The translations under genes and the position numbers were made by a program. Positions 12,700 to 26,088 of a stretch of DNA of 64,000 nt are shown piece by piece (positions within the stretch are counted from its first letter, which is position 1; each line of letters opens with the position of its first letter). The DNA comes from Raillietiella orientalis (taxonomy: Eukaryota). The notes below the pieces were generated by a model, which worked only from the letters and a program-made list of their open reading frames with translations, did not search any database and was not told the DNA's origin. The stretch lies in contig JAYWIR010000028.1 of the NCBI GenBank assembly GCA_036172245.1, forward strand, positions 2,356,001 through 2,420,000, written 5' to 3'.

Positions 12700-14700
12700 C
12701 CTTTCACTCGGGGGAAGGCCAGGAGTCAGCCGCTGTGACCCGTTGGAATCCTGGAAAATCCCCACGACGAAGACGCCTTGAAAAAGTTGCAGATTTGAAC
12801 GGACCGTAGTGTTCAAGGCGATGGCGGCGGCGGCTAGCCGACTTCAGAGCAGCAGGAGCACTCGCTGGATGCCTGGGAAGACAACCCGTGTGGCGGAAAT
12901 GCAACCGGGAAGCACAATGCACCTCTGGCTCCTCCAAGTGTGGAATTCCAGCCGAGGAGGTCTGGAGGCGCTGTTGCGAAACCTCATTGCCTCCGGGAGG
13001 GAAGTTCAACTCGGACAGCGTCCTGTCCCGCCTCGCCCTGGGACACCCACCACCACCCTCCAGCACTCGCTGCGTGCCAGCCCGTCGCTGGCGAGAAGGC
13101 CAAACAGGCCAGCACGCAAGAGGGCCCGGGGATTACCCATCGCGACGAGAACGGAGGCGGCGGGAGCCACAGGCTCCAGGACGACTGGCGTGGAATCGAG
13201 AAGGAAGAGGACAAAACAGGAATGGGAAAGGGAGGAACGCTGCCGGTTTCGAACGAAAAGTGGCGGCTCCCTTATCCCAACTACCTGGGACTCGGTGCCT
13301 GGCTGACCGGATCTCACCCTTCAGGGCAAAGGAGCGACACTCCCGCGAGCCGGATGTCGCAACATCACCAGTCATCCGGCGCCGAGGCCGGACGGTAGGT
13401 GAAGACCTCAGCAGCCACCAGCAGAGATCAGATTTCCTCAGAGTTCCTTTTTTTTTTTTTTGACGGGGAAGAAGGACGACATCAGACGTGCTAGTGAGCG
13501 AAGATGACAGGAAAACGCTCCCTCTCCCCAGGAAGCGCCATCTCGAGAGTCCACGGGCTCCAGGACCAGAGGCAGTGGATGACTAGCGACCCAACGTTCT
13601 CACTGTTCTTACCAAGTGTGAGGTGATCGCACGAGAAAGGGGACCCGCGGGGTCAGCGAGGAAGGAGCGGACGCCACAGATTTCAGCCGAGAGGACACCC
13701 AGGGAGAGAGGGAGGGCGACCTCCAGGAAGAAGGGCAGAGAAGAGGCATTTTCAGAGTCGCATCTTTGACTGCACCGTGGATCACGACTGGCCGCCTCCC
13801 TTGATCGCAGGCACTTCGGGGAGAAAGAGGCGAGTGAGTACGAGTGGGAAGTGGGCCTGGGTGAAAGGAGAGAAGTAGGCGGACGGCTTTCCGTCTGAAG
13901 CACCGTCTGTTGGCCGATCCGGGAAGGAGCGTGGAACCCCTCATTAGTCCTATCACGAGAGCAAGGCCATCCTGGAGAATGGAAGGAAAGAAGGGCAGCA
14001 GTATAGAACAAGACCTTTCGAGGGACGAGAAAGAGCTTCACGAGGAGGACCTTTGGAGGAAGGAGCATCCCTCCTCCCTTCTTCTGCTCGCCCTCGCTGA
14101 GAGCAGAGGACGGCGATAGGCGCAGGACTAACAAGGACTCCTAGAGGTTCCTTCGCTCCAGGAGCGGCCAATCAAATGAGGCAGCAGGAAGCAACGCCGC
14201 CGTTCCATCCTCCTCGGGTCGACAGTGGGCGGGGGAGAAGCTGGGAGTCACGCGCACGCCGATCCAGACATCCTTCTCCCTCCCTTCCGCTCCCCCTCTT
14301 CCTTCCTCTCTGAGGACGCTCTCACCTGGATCCGCCTCCCATCGTCGGCGAGAAAGATGGCCCGAAACCGGCAGCCGGGGCTCTCGTCCCTCGGAGCCAG
14401 ATCGGATGGAGGGGCTGCTACGCCATTGCCAAGCCGAAAGCACCTCAGCTTTGCGCAATCAACCCGGACCGGTCGCAAGGGAGGGTCTAGTTGCAACACG
14501 TTCCCGGATCCGACCTGGAGGAACGCTCCACAGCTGGAGAAGTCTCCTCTCCTTTTCTCCCTCTTCCCTTTTTTTCCTCAGAAGCGAATTCGAGGATTGC
14601 TCCGACCGAGAAGCGGGCGAGAGTTCGGTATCTTAGGGGGCGTCTGAGAACCGCCCGCCGTCCACTGCCATAGCATGCTCAAGAACGGGGAGGAGGAGGA
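12700..14700. mobile_element. GC-rich block with decayed gag-like (LINE ORF1) zinc-knuckle remnants
   Basis: Plus strand CSRRW...AGCLG...KC...QC...SSKC near 12810-12945; minus strand PKCLRSREAASRDPRC near 13770-13820; no intact ORF. Confidence 0.25.
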
Positions 14701-15332
14701 GCGAACGAAATTGCCCGCGCGTGCGCGCGCGGTCAAGAAACCCATCCACTCCGGGCTACCGAGTCGCACGCTGCACGGAAGAACGATGGTCCGATCCGGG
14801 AAGGAAGACTTCGTCAAGTTTCCAGAACGTGGGGCGGCGGTGCCTGGGCAAATTGCTGCGTGGGGAGGACGCGGGCGAACGAGATAAACCGAGCGATTGG
14901 ACACGGAGCCACTGCCTTCTCCTAAATTATGGCTCCAGGAGATGAAAGCATAATAACGGCAATCAGATCAATGCAGCGCTTGATTACAGCTTCCACTGCA
15001 ACGTGGCACATAAAATGAATAGATCAGCAGGGATTGCAACATCGGGGAGAGAAATGCGCCTGATGAAGTCCACGTCCCCGGAGCGGCCGTGGAAGCTCCG
15101 AGCGGGGGAAAGGCGTGAACAAGACCGCCTGTAAGGTAACGATGCTGAGAGCTCGCCGCGGCAGCGGCGCAACCAGCGGGTGCGATGAATGAGCACGTTC
15201 GCTTATTCCCGTCTCTCATGGACCGGTTGGGCGAGTACGGAGCCACCCTCCGTGAACGGACACTTGGCGCTGATACTAGGCAGCTTCTTGATCTGCTTAC
15301 GCGATCCGTGGAAGGAGGAACTCCCACTCGTC

Positions 15333-16002
15333 CGCGTTGGCAGCCGTGTAGCTGAGGTCTCCGCGTGCCGAACCAAGAATTGCGGGTTCGAACCCTGGAG
15401 GGTCGACGCAGAGACATGGGTGTGTAGTGGGTTTCATGTTCTCCACGCAAGATGACCCTGGTTGGTCCACTCTGGTGCAGCGGCACTGGTGGAAGGAGAC
15501 TGGCTGCTCCGGTTGAGTGCTCGGGATTGAAAGTTGACCCACCGAAATCCTTCCAGGAATCAACGAATCCTTCGGGATTCCCTTCCAGTTGTGCAGGAGT
15601 CATCGTCTCTCCCTTGGGAGGGACCTCCTCCATCGCGTACCATAGAGCTGTTGACACCTCTCCAGAGTGAGAAACGCAATGTTCCCATCGCGGTCTCTTC
15701 AGAGGAGCAACAGGGAACGGATCCTTTCCGGGTTCCCTTCAGAGAAGGAATAATGGAGCGATCGCGTCCGGAGGGTCCCTCCGGAGAGAGTAAGAAAGAG
15801 GTTCCCTTCGGGGTTTGCTTAGGAGACAATTAGAGCGAAGGTTCTCTTCGGGGTGCTCTCCCAAGAGTAAGAGGAACGGACTCCTTCCTCCGGGGCCTTC
15901 CTGTATTCATAGAGTGGTTTCATCCCGGGATGTTCCCTATCTTGAAGAGTTACTGTGCACCGTTTGGGTCATGTAGAACAGTGCTGAAGAGCCTCGTGAG
16001 TC
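15333..16002 (+). mobile_element. tRNA-headed SINE-like element, copy 1
   Basis: B box GGGTTCGAACCC at 15384-15395; collinear with copies 2-4 through to terminal c(c/t)tcg(t/c)gagtc. Confidence 0.75.
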
Positions 16003-16740
16003 TCCAGGAGAACGGCCCTTCTGTACCAGCGGACCAAAAGAAAGGGGAAGTTCAAGGAAAAGAAGGGAGCTCCCCCTGAGTCTTCTCCTCCACCTGCTCT
16101 GGAAATGGTCCAGCTGCTGCGTTTTAAATGGATGTCGAAAAGAGGAATTCCACGTACAACCGATCGCCAGGATCCTCAGTGGGTGACTAGCACGTGGATG
16201 TGGACAGTTATCCTCAACACCATCATGCAAGGCCCTCTACTTATGGATGACTGATCAGGATTTGGAAGATAAAAAAACTTGATGATATAGAAAAGAACGC
16301 GTAAAAAGAGAGAAATAGCTTGAAAAGGTCAACACAAAAGCATCCGCACCGTGCACGCACCGACGCATTTGCAAAGTGCTACGAGGTGGATCCTGGGCGA
16401 TTCCGGTGTGCAGGGAATGCAGAACCTATCCGTTAGGTAGGCAAAAGCGCAGCTGGCGTCGACTCTCGTCTTCCTGCCACATCACCTGGCGACACTTACC
16501 ACGCTGAAGAGTGAGTGATTCGAGCCAAGGCAGCAGAAGGGTCATTCCGAGGAACTGCTCACAGCTGAAAGGAGTTGCATTCTGTAGTGAAAGAAGGCCA
16601 ACCGGGAACAGCGATGCAACCCTCCCTTCCTCCAACGCTCTCGGAAAACTTCCTTTAGTCCACCATTGCAATGCTCATTCTCCTCGAGCTCGTGCAGAAA
16701 TATGTTCAAGCACATGGGAAAGTTCATCAGCTTCTAAAAG
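16003..16740 (-). mobile_element. Degenerate LINE RT fragment
   Basis: WTKGSFPRALEEGRVASLF...NATPFSCEQFLG, then a GIAQ(G)-like segment. Confidence 0.45.
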
Positions 16741-17498
16741 CAAGCGCTCTAACTGGAAAAAAAAAAAAAAAAAGGACGAAAAGCAAAATTGACACACCAG
16801 CACAAGTCAAGAAGGAAAAATCGGTCAGACCATGAAACAGCTTTCCTGGATGACTATGGGTATCCCATGGTGGCGAGATCAACTTGCGCCACAAATAACG
16901 CCATCACGCCTTTGACTTGGGAATATGGATCGAAGATCTCCCTTACAAAACCCATCGGCATAAGGAAATGTTGTGCGGGCATCCTTCCGTACTAGTTGGT
17001 ACGGTACTAGCGTTGAGGGAAATTCGACGAAAGGATATCCACTTTTCGCATGCGTATGTCGCGCCACGGGCACCGCCGTCTTCCGTGCCAACCGAAGGAG
17101 GAGGAGGCACCATGAGTTGCGGCGAGCATGAAGAGACGTGAAATCGACACTCCTCTGAGAGGGAAACATCAAAAACATGGAACCCGTGCTATTCCTGAAT
17201 CCCGAAACCGAATGCCTTGCGGCAAGACATAGGGAAACGCAGACCTCGTCCACAATTCGAAAACGGATCAGAGACGGATTTTACCGTGTCCAGTGGACGC
17301 GAGAGTGGACAGCGACTGAGAAAAGATATCTTCGATACAAAATGAGAATTGCGAAATTCGAATACTACGATAGGTGGAACAAAAATTCTTAATACAATTG
17401 TGATGAAATCATAGAAACTTCATTGGCATGCAGTGCACCTCCTATTCAGTGATCCGTTCATTTACAAAAATAGGGGACACACGGAAACGTAAACACTA

Positions 17499-17504
17499 TT
17501 TATT
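17499..17504 (-). promoter_or_regulatory. Candidate polyadenylation signal of SNRNP27 (a second AATAAA at 17636-17641)
   Basis: AATAAA about 330 nt after the stop, followed by GT-rich gtgtttacgtttccgtgtgt. Confidence 0.5.
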
Positions 17505-17831
17505 GACTGGCGTTTGCTATGAAAACAAATCGTGAAAGCACTGCATTTGAATTCATTATCAACTACCAACACAGAGAGAGAGAAGGGGACGTTCCGTGGA
17601 GAAAAAAAAAAAAACAATAAAAATCCACCAAGTGATTTATTGTAGTGAATAAAACGATTGGAATTCCATCGCATACACGCGCGTACACACATCGTACAAT
17701 GTTGGGGGTACGTTTTCCTGAAGAGATCATCGACGGGCTTCACGTGATGGGTATACGTGGCTTTAAGAATGCGGCGGCGTGACCCGCCATTCGATGGGGC
17801 ACGGCTGAGCGGCAAGAAACTGCTGAGAAAG

Positions 17832-20800
17832 TCAAGCAACGAAATCTAAAGGCCTGTTAAACCCTCCTTTCCGATTCATGTACTGACGGTACTTCCGTTT
17901 CAAGATGACGTGCACCTCCCCCACATCGTTGTTTTCGATGTGTTTACCTTTCGTGCTCTGAAAATCACAAAAACCCATCAACTCCATCATCTCTTCTTCG
18001 TCGGGATCTTTTCCTTCCAAAACCTTATCTGAAAAATGAACTCATGAGAACGGAAGGTCATCGCAAAGGCAGCATAATTAACGGGTCAACTGTGCATTTC
18101 GCATCTCGGTTTTGCAACGTTACGGCACATCCCATGATCTAAGTGGGCTAATCGAATTGACCGCAGCGCAGTTCGACCGTTTCTGTTGAGAGCGATTCAC
18201 ATCACATACTTTCTGTGGTTATCGCTGACGTAAGATAACGCGAATTACAATGAAAAAGTGCACATTTTGCAAATCCGACTATCCGACTGTTTACTTCGTC
18301 AACTCCCCAACAAACCTATTCTCACAGCTTCATAAAATTCCTTCCCCCCCCCCCCCCTCAGGGTGATTTCTACTTTCAGACAATCACCCTTCCCTGTGCT
18401 CCTCTGAACCTCTGAACTCTAGTCATGAAAACATTGGTCATTTAAATTTCTTGGTGCAACTCGTTTCCTGTATAAATAACGACTTCATGTGACCGACCAT
18501 ACTCTGATAGGTATTTTTCTTCCCCCTTTTGCATAGTGTGCTCATTAAACGTAATGTCATGTTATCCTGGGTTCGATCCCCATTAACTCATCTCTTATTC
18601 TCATCCGTGTTGCTTTTTTCTTCCTTTCAATATATGGCACTGATAAAGCTACACCGTATTTTATCTTATCTCGATATTCAATTCACTGCGATACTTTGCA
18701 ATTCTTTTATATAACAATCACCATTAGGTCTAAATTCCAAAGCATGACAATATTGTAACACTGCTGATTCATAACATAATAAGCTTCCTTTTATAAAACT
18801 GTTCCTGAATACGTTCACAATATTAAGTCCATTCTAACTGAATCCTAAAATCCTGATAAGCGTTCAATAACTTGCATAACCTATTCCAATATGTCTATAC
18901 TTCTTAACTTTCCATTCGTGAACGCCCTTGAAATCATACTGCCTTGTTTGCATAATCAACAGACACTGTTCCTGAGATGGATTCTTGTAATCATTCTGTT
19001 TCTGAAGGGTCTCTTTGACTAAAATCATGATAAAGTGAGCCACAAATCCATTCCTTTTATTAATGAATTTTCCGCAATTCAAAGTATTCACTACCCAGAA
19101 TGCCTTTGAAAATGAAACCTCACCTACGCTCAAGTGCAGACATTGAAAATTCAAGGCATTTTCCCAAAGTTTACCTACTGTTCATCTGATCACTCTCTGA
19201 CCTCATCTCTGCTTACTCGCATCTTCGTTTTGAAAGTCCTTGGCTTTTGAAATTTCAATACTGAATTAAAATGGGCATGATTCTGTTGCAGTTCACATAT
19301 TCATTGGCAGCTCAGGGAAGAACATCCCAAGCATTACATTATCAAGGAAGATCCATGACAATACACCTAACTCATTTTAAAATGTAATTACAATTTAACA
19401 AATTGGATGGAGTTTTAATTCCCAACCTCAATCTGTTTTTGTCTCATAAGCAACTTCTTACTGGAGTACTGTATGCAATAAAAACCATGAACTTATGAAA
19501 AAACAATGTGAAACTTCGTAAAAAAGGAAAAAAAGTTGTAAAAAACCAGAAAAACAGAATGCAAAGAACTAGAATGTAGATTCACTCAAACTAGAATGTA
19601 GATTCACAATCATACATTAAAACAATCTTAATCCTGCAACTCGACATTCAACCAACAATTTTTGCTTAATACAATGACGCCGAACAAAAAAATAAAACAT
19701 TAGTTACTGTATTCATCCGATACATTCAGCACTCAATCTTTCGCCATTGATCTTTCATTGCAAATATCAAGTGTTACAAAGTTATACTTAAATTTGCACT
19801 TTCCATTTCTTTTTTACGTTTGCTAAAACTATATTCACCTTTTGGAATGAGCACATTTACTTACTTTATTACTCTCATAATGCGCCAATTTGTTTACTTT
19901 AATTTTATTCTTGTTAGTTGAAACTGTTTTGAGAACATACTACAATTCAACTGCACTCAGAAATAGATGAAATCACCATTACATTTAGGTCTAACACAGT
20001 GTAATCCAAATACAGAAATTCAGATCTGATTTTTCAATAGAATACAAATCCTCAGATTGATGATATAATATGCGTACAGCAGTTTGGAAGATATAACATG
20101 AATTCTACTATTCTACTGGCTACACGTACTTTACCTTTGCTTCCACAATACATTTTCAACTCTTCTTCCACATACCCAAAACTAAACACAAAATTGTTCT
20201 AGAATTTCAGAACTCCCATCCTTAATTTTAAAATATCTCATATTAATGTATGCTGTAAGCTTTATATCACATAAATTTTCTTCCCATTTTTAATTCACCC
20301 TAAAATAGTTTACATACAGCTATTGTATCCAAAATGGTCAAGAGTATCAATCCATCAAAGCATCCCATGAGTACAAAACAACAATCTTCAAAGAATCTAA
20401 AAATTGCCAATATTTCTCAAGTAATTCCAATACTGTAAAACGCCTCTAAAACTGTATATAAAACTTATACGGAAATATATGCCTTCACTGTGTTTGATCT
20501 CTCAGTAAAGCTCCTAAAGCAGCTGATGCTTCAAATATCTGGTCTCAAAAGATTTTTTTTAGGAGTAATCAAAGCGCACAGCTGCCAAATTTCAAAAGCA
20601 CTCTGCATGACAATTCAAAGCAATCACGATTTGGTTATTTGAAATCAGCTTAAAACAACAACTAGATCCTTCCTTCTATGGTCTTAGCACTTCTTTGTAA
20701 ATATGTTAAGTAATCACTTGCATTGATCCATGTTATTCCAAAGGCAAAAGGTTCCATTAAGATGCAGACTCACTACTAAGTATCCAAAGCACAAGAAAAT

Positions 20801-21569
20801 CATAGCAAAAACATTTTTGAAAACTATCCTTTACAGTTGACTTTCTACTTTATCTGCTTTATAAAGCATAACAAAATGATATCAACATAAATATAGCATT
20901 GGTGGTCAAGAAAACACTCAATTCTACTGCATTCAAATCATCTCAAAGGATTTTCAAGCAATCTGAATTATAATGTGATGTAGCTATTTATAACTTGCAC
21001 AGAAAATTTTACAGAATGAAGTTTCAATACCAGAAAAGATTGATTTTTCCATGACTGAAACTTTGTGAGGCTTCCGATGGTTGTCTTTTGGACGAGGAGA
21101 CCTGCTTCGAGATGAGGCATGCCGGGAACGTTTATCATCAATCCGGCTTCTGAAACATATCATTATCTAATTTGGGAAATAAAGATTTGGAATTCATGGA
21201 GTTCTCAGCATTTAAATAAAATCATCCCAGTTCTTTACATTAGTTAAGATGCCCACTGAGTTTTTATGTCAACTAGAGTTCAATGTTAAGAGCTCCATAA
21301 TCTCCAAATTTGGGCTTACCATCAGACACCTAGGCTGTATATCCATGTACAGTATCCACATACACACATGGATACCAAATCCATTCACCTTTTCAACCTA
21401 GGATGCCTGATGATTCAAATAAAAAGTGATCTGACCTCCTCCTGCTTTTTTCATGATTTCTTGAACGAGAACGACTTCTATGCCTTCTGCGTTCTCTATC
21501 TTTTTCTCTACCTCTATCACGTGAATGGCTACGTCGCCGTCTTGGGGATCGTGAGCGACTACGCCCCAT
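17832..21569 (-). CDS. SNRNP27: U4/U6.U5 tri-snRNP 27 kDa protein, 149 aa; exons 21436-21569, 21031-21149, 17832-18028
   Basis: 134+119+197=450 nt in frame with GT-AG introns. RS-rich N terminus MGRSRSRSPRRRRSHSRDR; conserved C terminus MMELMGFCDFQSTKGK...KRKYRQYMNRKGGFNRPLDFVA*. Confidence 0.96.
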
Positions 21570-22176
21570 AATGAATTTTAAATCTGTAAAATTCTAAAAC
21601 TCTGAATGTTAAAATGATGAGTTTACAAAGATTAACGATTACTAAAATGCTGCCAATCCTCAAAACGTAGAGGAGTAAAGAAACCCATTTTTATGAGAAA
21701 AAAAAAAAAATTCCTTTTCTGATTTTTTTCTTTCTTTTCTAATAACTCAAATAATTATCCTTATTCTCATTTCCCATGTCCCATTAAGAAACACTACTAA
21801 GCATACCAAATTGTATGGAATTCATCATTCTGGATGTAGGTATTAAAATTTCGAAATTCATATGAATTCTTTATAAGTACAAATCAAACTATACACTAGT
21901 TTTAACAAACGACGAACCGATTTCTAAAGGCATTGGTATATTGAATTGAATAATTTCGGATGTAAAACCTCGGTGCCAAGAGTCTTTTACATAAACTTGG
22001 TAAAAACACATATTCTTTAAAAAATGCAAATCTCGTGATTTTTTGGCGGGTGAAGTCAGAAAATCTTCAATTTAACAAAAGTGACTCAATGTATACTTGA
22101 CTATGCAAACTTTGCGTAGCCTCAAGTATTACACGTAAAAAAAACTAAAAGATTCTTAAGAAAACACACATCATAC

Positions 22177-22400
22177 CTGAATATATTAACAATATCGATG
22201 TTTCAAATTACAAATCCTTCTACACTTTATCAACTTTCGTGATGAGCGTGGATATTCAATAGTCGCCTACACCACTTCTCCCTCGCCAGGATGACCAAGA
22301 CATCGACGTCAAAACCGCATTATGTAAAATGTTCAAAATGCTTGAAGTGAAAATATTCGAAAGACTTGAAGTTTCGAGATCAATACTCGAAATTTTCGCG
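22177..22400 (-). promoter_or_regulatory. Probable non-coding first exon / promoter of SNRNP27
   Basis: Acceptor tttacag 14 nt before the ATG (21584-21585) implies an upstream exon. Donor cag|gtatga at 22176; locally more CpG; DRE-like TATCGAT at 22193-22199. Confidence 0.45.
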
Positions 22401-24869
22401 CAACCTTAAATCAAATAAAAAATCTGGGAATAAAAATTTCGTATTATACTTTGAATGAAATAACTTCATTCGACTGAACTGAGAGTTCAACAATGATAAA
22501 GGATTGGAATCGATTTCAATGATGAAGAATATTGAAGAACAGTGAAAAACTGAAATTCATCTCCGTTTAGCAAGTGCTACTTTTTTAATTAGAACGTTTA
22601 CATTTACATGAATTTACAAAGTCCGTGGATTTATTTTACTCAGCTTACACCAGGGAACCTGGAACGTAAAATGAATTTCATGTGAGGCTGAGATTAGAGA
22701 GATGTTTTAATATCTGTTATGTTAACTTCCAGGGATAAATAAATTTAAATTAAATACCCATTTCGAAGCTCACAATGGGATGAAAAACTGTTAATAAAGT
22801 ATAAAAGAAAACAACTGATTACATGACATTGACAAACATGAAGCAAATCGAATCATGTAATGCTCATTATGATTTCATTTCGGGAAATAATGAAACATTC
22901 AGATATCAAGAGAACTATTTATTAGAAATCTTTCATTATGTAATATTTCAGAAAAGCTTCTAATCAGGATCTTCTTTACTTTATTTTTTCTGCTTTGTCT
23001 TGTTTTCAGTTTCTATTTTCGTCTACTACAATCTATAAAACAACCTGCTAAGTTGTTTGGAATTTTATATCTTTTGAATTATAAATGCAAAAATCTAAAT
23101 TATTAACGCACTGTCAATGCGTAGTAACTTAAGTGCAAAACAATCATTGCTTGATATTCTGAGAAAGAAACCCTGAGATTAAATTCTTGTGAAATCAAGG
23201 ACATGTTCGATCTGCCTTTTCACAGATTTCACATTCATTCTTCTGTCCTTGCTTTCTATGAAAGCGAACTCATTTTATGATTGGGAACTTCTAAATGAGC
23301 TATTAGAAATCAAAATTAAGGGAATATATTTTTGTATCGTATGTCTGATGTAGTAACATTTCAACACTATAGAAACATGATGTGAAAATTCTTATGAAAT
23401 CGTTTTTGAACGTGATTAGTGTGTGATTTTATTTTCGGCCTATTTACATGGTTACTTGGTTGCCATCTGGTTGCTAGTAGGAACACTTGGCAATAAAGGC
23501 TTAGTAACCGATGGTAATACAACACCTAGCATTCATGCTGATGAGCTGCATCATTACATGGCTTTAAAGAAGGACTATACAAGAAAAGTTCAATATCATT
23601 TGTGTCATTTCTTTTTATTATGATTGGTCACCTAGAGGAATGAAATTAAATTTTCACATTCAGGAGAAATAAAGTACGGTGAGCCAATTGACAAATCAAG
23701 GGCATCTCAGAATTTGGTGTGATTCATAGAATAGCCTCTAAACTTTCATTATCTTATTTAATGAAATCAATTGCCATGCTGGTTTGCAAGTCCTGGGATT
23801 TCTCTAAGATTAAGTTTGCATTGGTTTCTCAAGACTGAACGGTCATTCATTTGGCCCTGTGATTCCTTGATCTGTGCAAAAATTTTCATTTTTCTCCTTT
23901 TTTTAAGCTTGGTTGTCATCTGGCTGCTTTAATGTCAGTTTAGAGTCATTCTCTATGCTGCCTTCGTCAAGGTTGATGTGCCAAGTGGGCACCCTGGCAG
24001 TTAGATCCGTTGACTTTTCAACTCATAGTTGATGAAATTTGATGACAGTATGCATGGCGAAAGTTTCCTAAACAAATGAACTTCCATGCTCTTTGATAAT
24101 TTCTAATATCCGACTGAAAATTATCTGAAATGAGTCTTCAGACAACGTTTTGTACATGTATCCTTTAGCATACAATAAACTGCAACACAATGATTCTCAA
24201 CCTGGGAAAAGTTTTTTGACGAGTTTTCTACTGTAGCACAGTTTTCAGAAATTTCATTCTATCTCTGGATTTAGAATTTCTCTTTGGGTTTTGTTTTCAC
24301 AAAGCTACGATCGCTTCCGGTTCTAGTAGGAAGCCATGCAGTTTCTCGAACTTGGTTCGTAGCCAGCAAGTTGCATTCTTCCATAAAGTGCCCGAAAGCT
24401 TTGATGTAAATATTTACTTTAGGACACAAAGACGATATACTGTCTTTGTTTTTTCCTCTCGCGCTCACAGTGGGTATACTATTGATAAACGACGTGTGAT
24501 CGCTATCGTTTTCGTGATTCCTCCGCAAGAGTTTCTGTCAGCTTTTAAATGCTCTTCGGCCGGGCTGAGTTCAGAAATCTCTTTTGATGACTTCAGTAGT
24601 TAGGTGCATCCCTTTGAGTTGAAATCAACGTCTGATAATCTGTTTTCGGGATCACTATATCTCCGGACTCTCAAGACAATCACTATACAATATTGCGAGA
24701 TTCCACTTTGGAAATCCACCCTCCGTAGCATCTCCTGAACTGACTGGCAAATACGAATGGACATTTTCAAGTTAGTAGTACCCGAATTATGATTCTGCCA
24801 CTGTGTGAAGATGCTCAACAGATTAGATTTCAAACGAGCATTTGCTTTTGAAGCAAACATTATCACGAA

Positions 24870-25900
24870 CAGATTGGTTCCCGAGATTCTACTTCATTTT
24901 GAATCTCGCTTCACCTCGTGGAATTCGCAGGAGCAGCTGCTCTGCTAGCTCATTGCCAGGACTGCAGCTCTGGAAACTCCCCGCAAGATGTAGCCATCCC
25001 TCCGGTGAGTACGGACAGTGTGGCACCTGCCAAGCGACAAGTGGCCACGTCACTGCTGCGTTGGGCCTTTCCTTGCAACCGCCCCCACCATCGGATGGCG
25101 GGGAGAGTTTCCCGTCCTGAATTGCGCCACGAGATTATGGAGAGACTGAATTCGTCCCTCGCCCATTTTCGAACGGCGATGCTCTGCCTCCGTTAGATGG
25201 GCGCATTCGGCGACGGCTCTCCTGCACTCGGATGGCAGATCAAAGGAACAGCTTCTCTGATCCTTCACGAGCCACCCATTCCACAGGGATAACAATGTTA
25301 GGTGGCATCCGCGGATCCGGAACATCGCGCTTCTGAGTGGATCGTGGTCTGCAAAGAGGACTTCGAAGACATCTCCCTCTCCAAGCTGCTGAGGAGAAAG
25401 CGTCGAGATGGGAAGATGCACAGAATCAGTGCGGAGCTTGCTCGCATTTCCAAGGAGACACTGTATATTTCTGCATTGAGTGAAGAGATCCAGGGAAATG
25501 CGTAAGAGCCCTTAGTGAAATTCCTCTCCCTGAAGCACTCATTCCATAGTAATTTTTACATCTATGCGAGCACGCATGGGTTCTTCGGTCTGGTTTTGAA
25601 CCGGAAAAGCAGGCGACTCGCTAGTCGGAAATCCTTCTGAGAGTCACCGTTCTTCCAGAACAGCGGTTTTGGAGAAGGACCGGATTTGCCTACCTCCTGA
25701 TGTATCTGTCCTCACTACCTGTAGCCCACCCGTGGATCTACTGCCACCTCCAAAACTGGAACACCTGGAGGCAGTTGGCTCTGGAACCCTGGGTTGTAAC
25801 TCTGAATGTGCGCCCAGAGGAACTGAGACTGCAAAAGAATCTCCTACACAAACCGCTAGGTGATAAGTCTCGGATAGTCGTCACACCCCTTGCCGCAGCA
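24870..25900 (+). mobile_element. Possible I/Nimb-like LINE ORF1 relic
   Basis: WFPRFYFILNLASPRGI and a decayed knuckle CGTCQATSGH; weak. Confidence 0.25.
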
Positions 25901-26088
25901 CTGTCTGCCCTCAGGGCAAGTGACGGCGGCCAACCGGCGGGGTGGGATTTCTCCTGCAACATTGCAGGCATAGAAAAATCCTGGACCGCTGTAAGAAGAG
26001 AGAGCTGGTGAACACCGTCACTGCTCGTTTTCGAGTCAAAAAAACAGCTTTGGTGAAGTGAACTGCTAGGTTTTTATCTCACCTTGTC

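Noticed and set aside
15560..15870. CRISPR-like repeat-spacer array
   Set aside because: Repeats are degenerate, irregularly spaced modules inside a eukaryotic SINE; no cas genes.
19567..19607. 19-nt direct repeat in SNRNP27 intron
   Set aside because: Ordinary slippage duplication.
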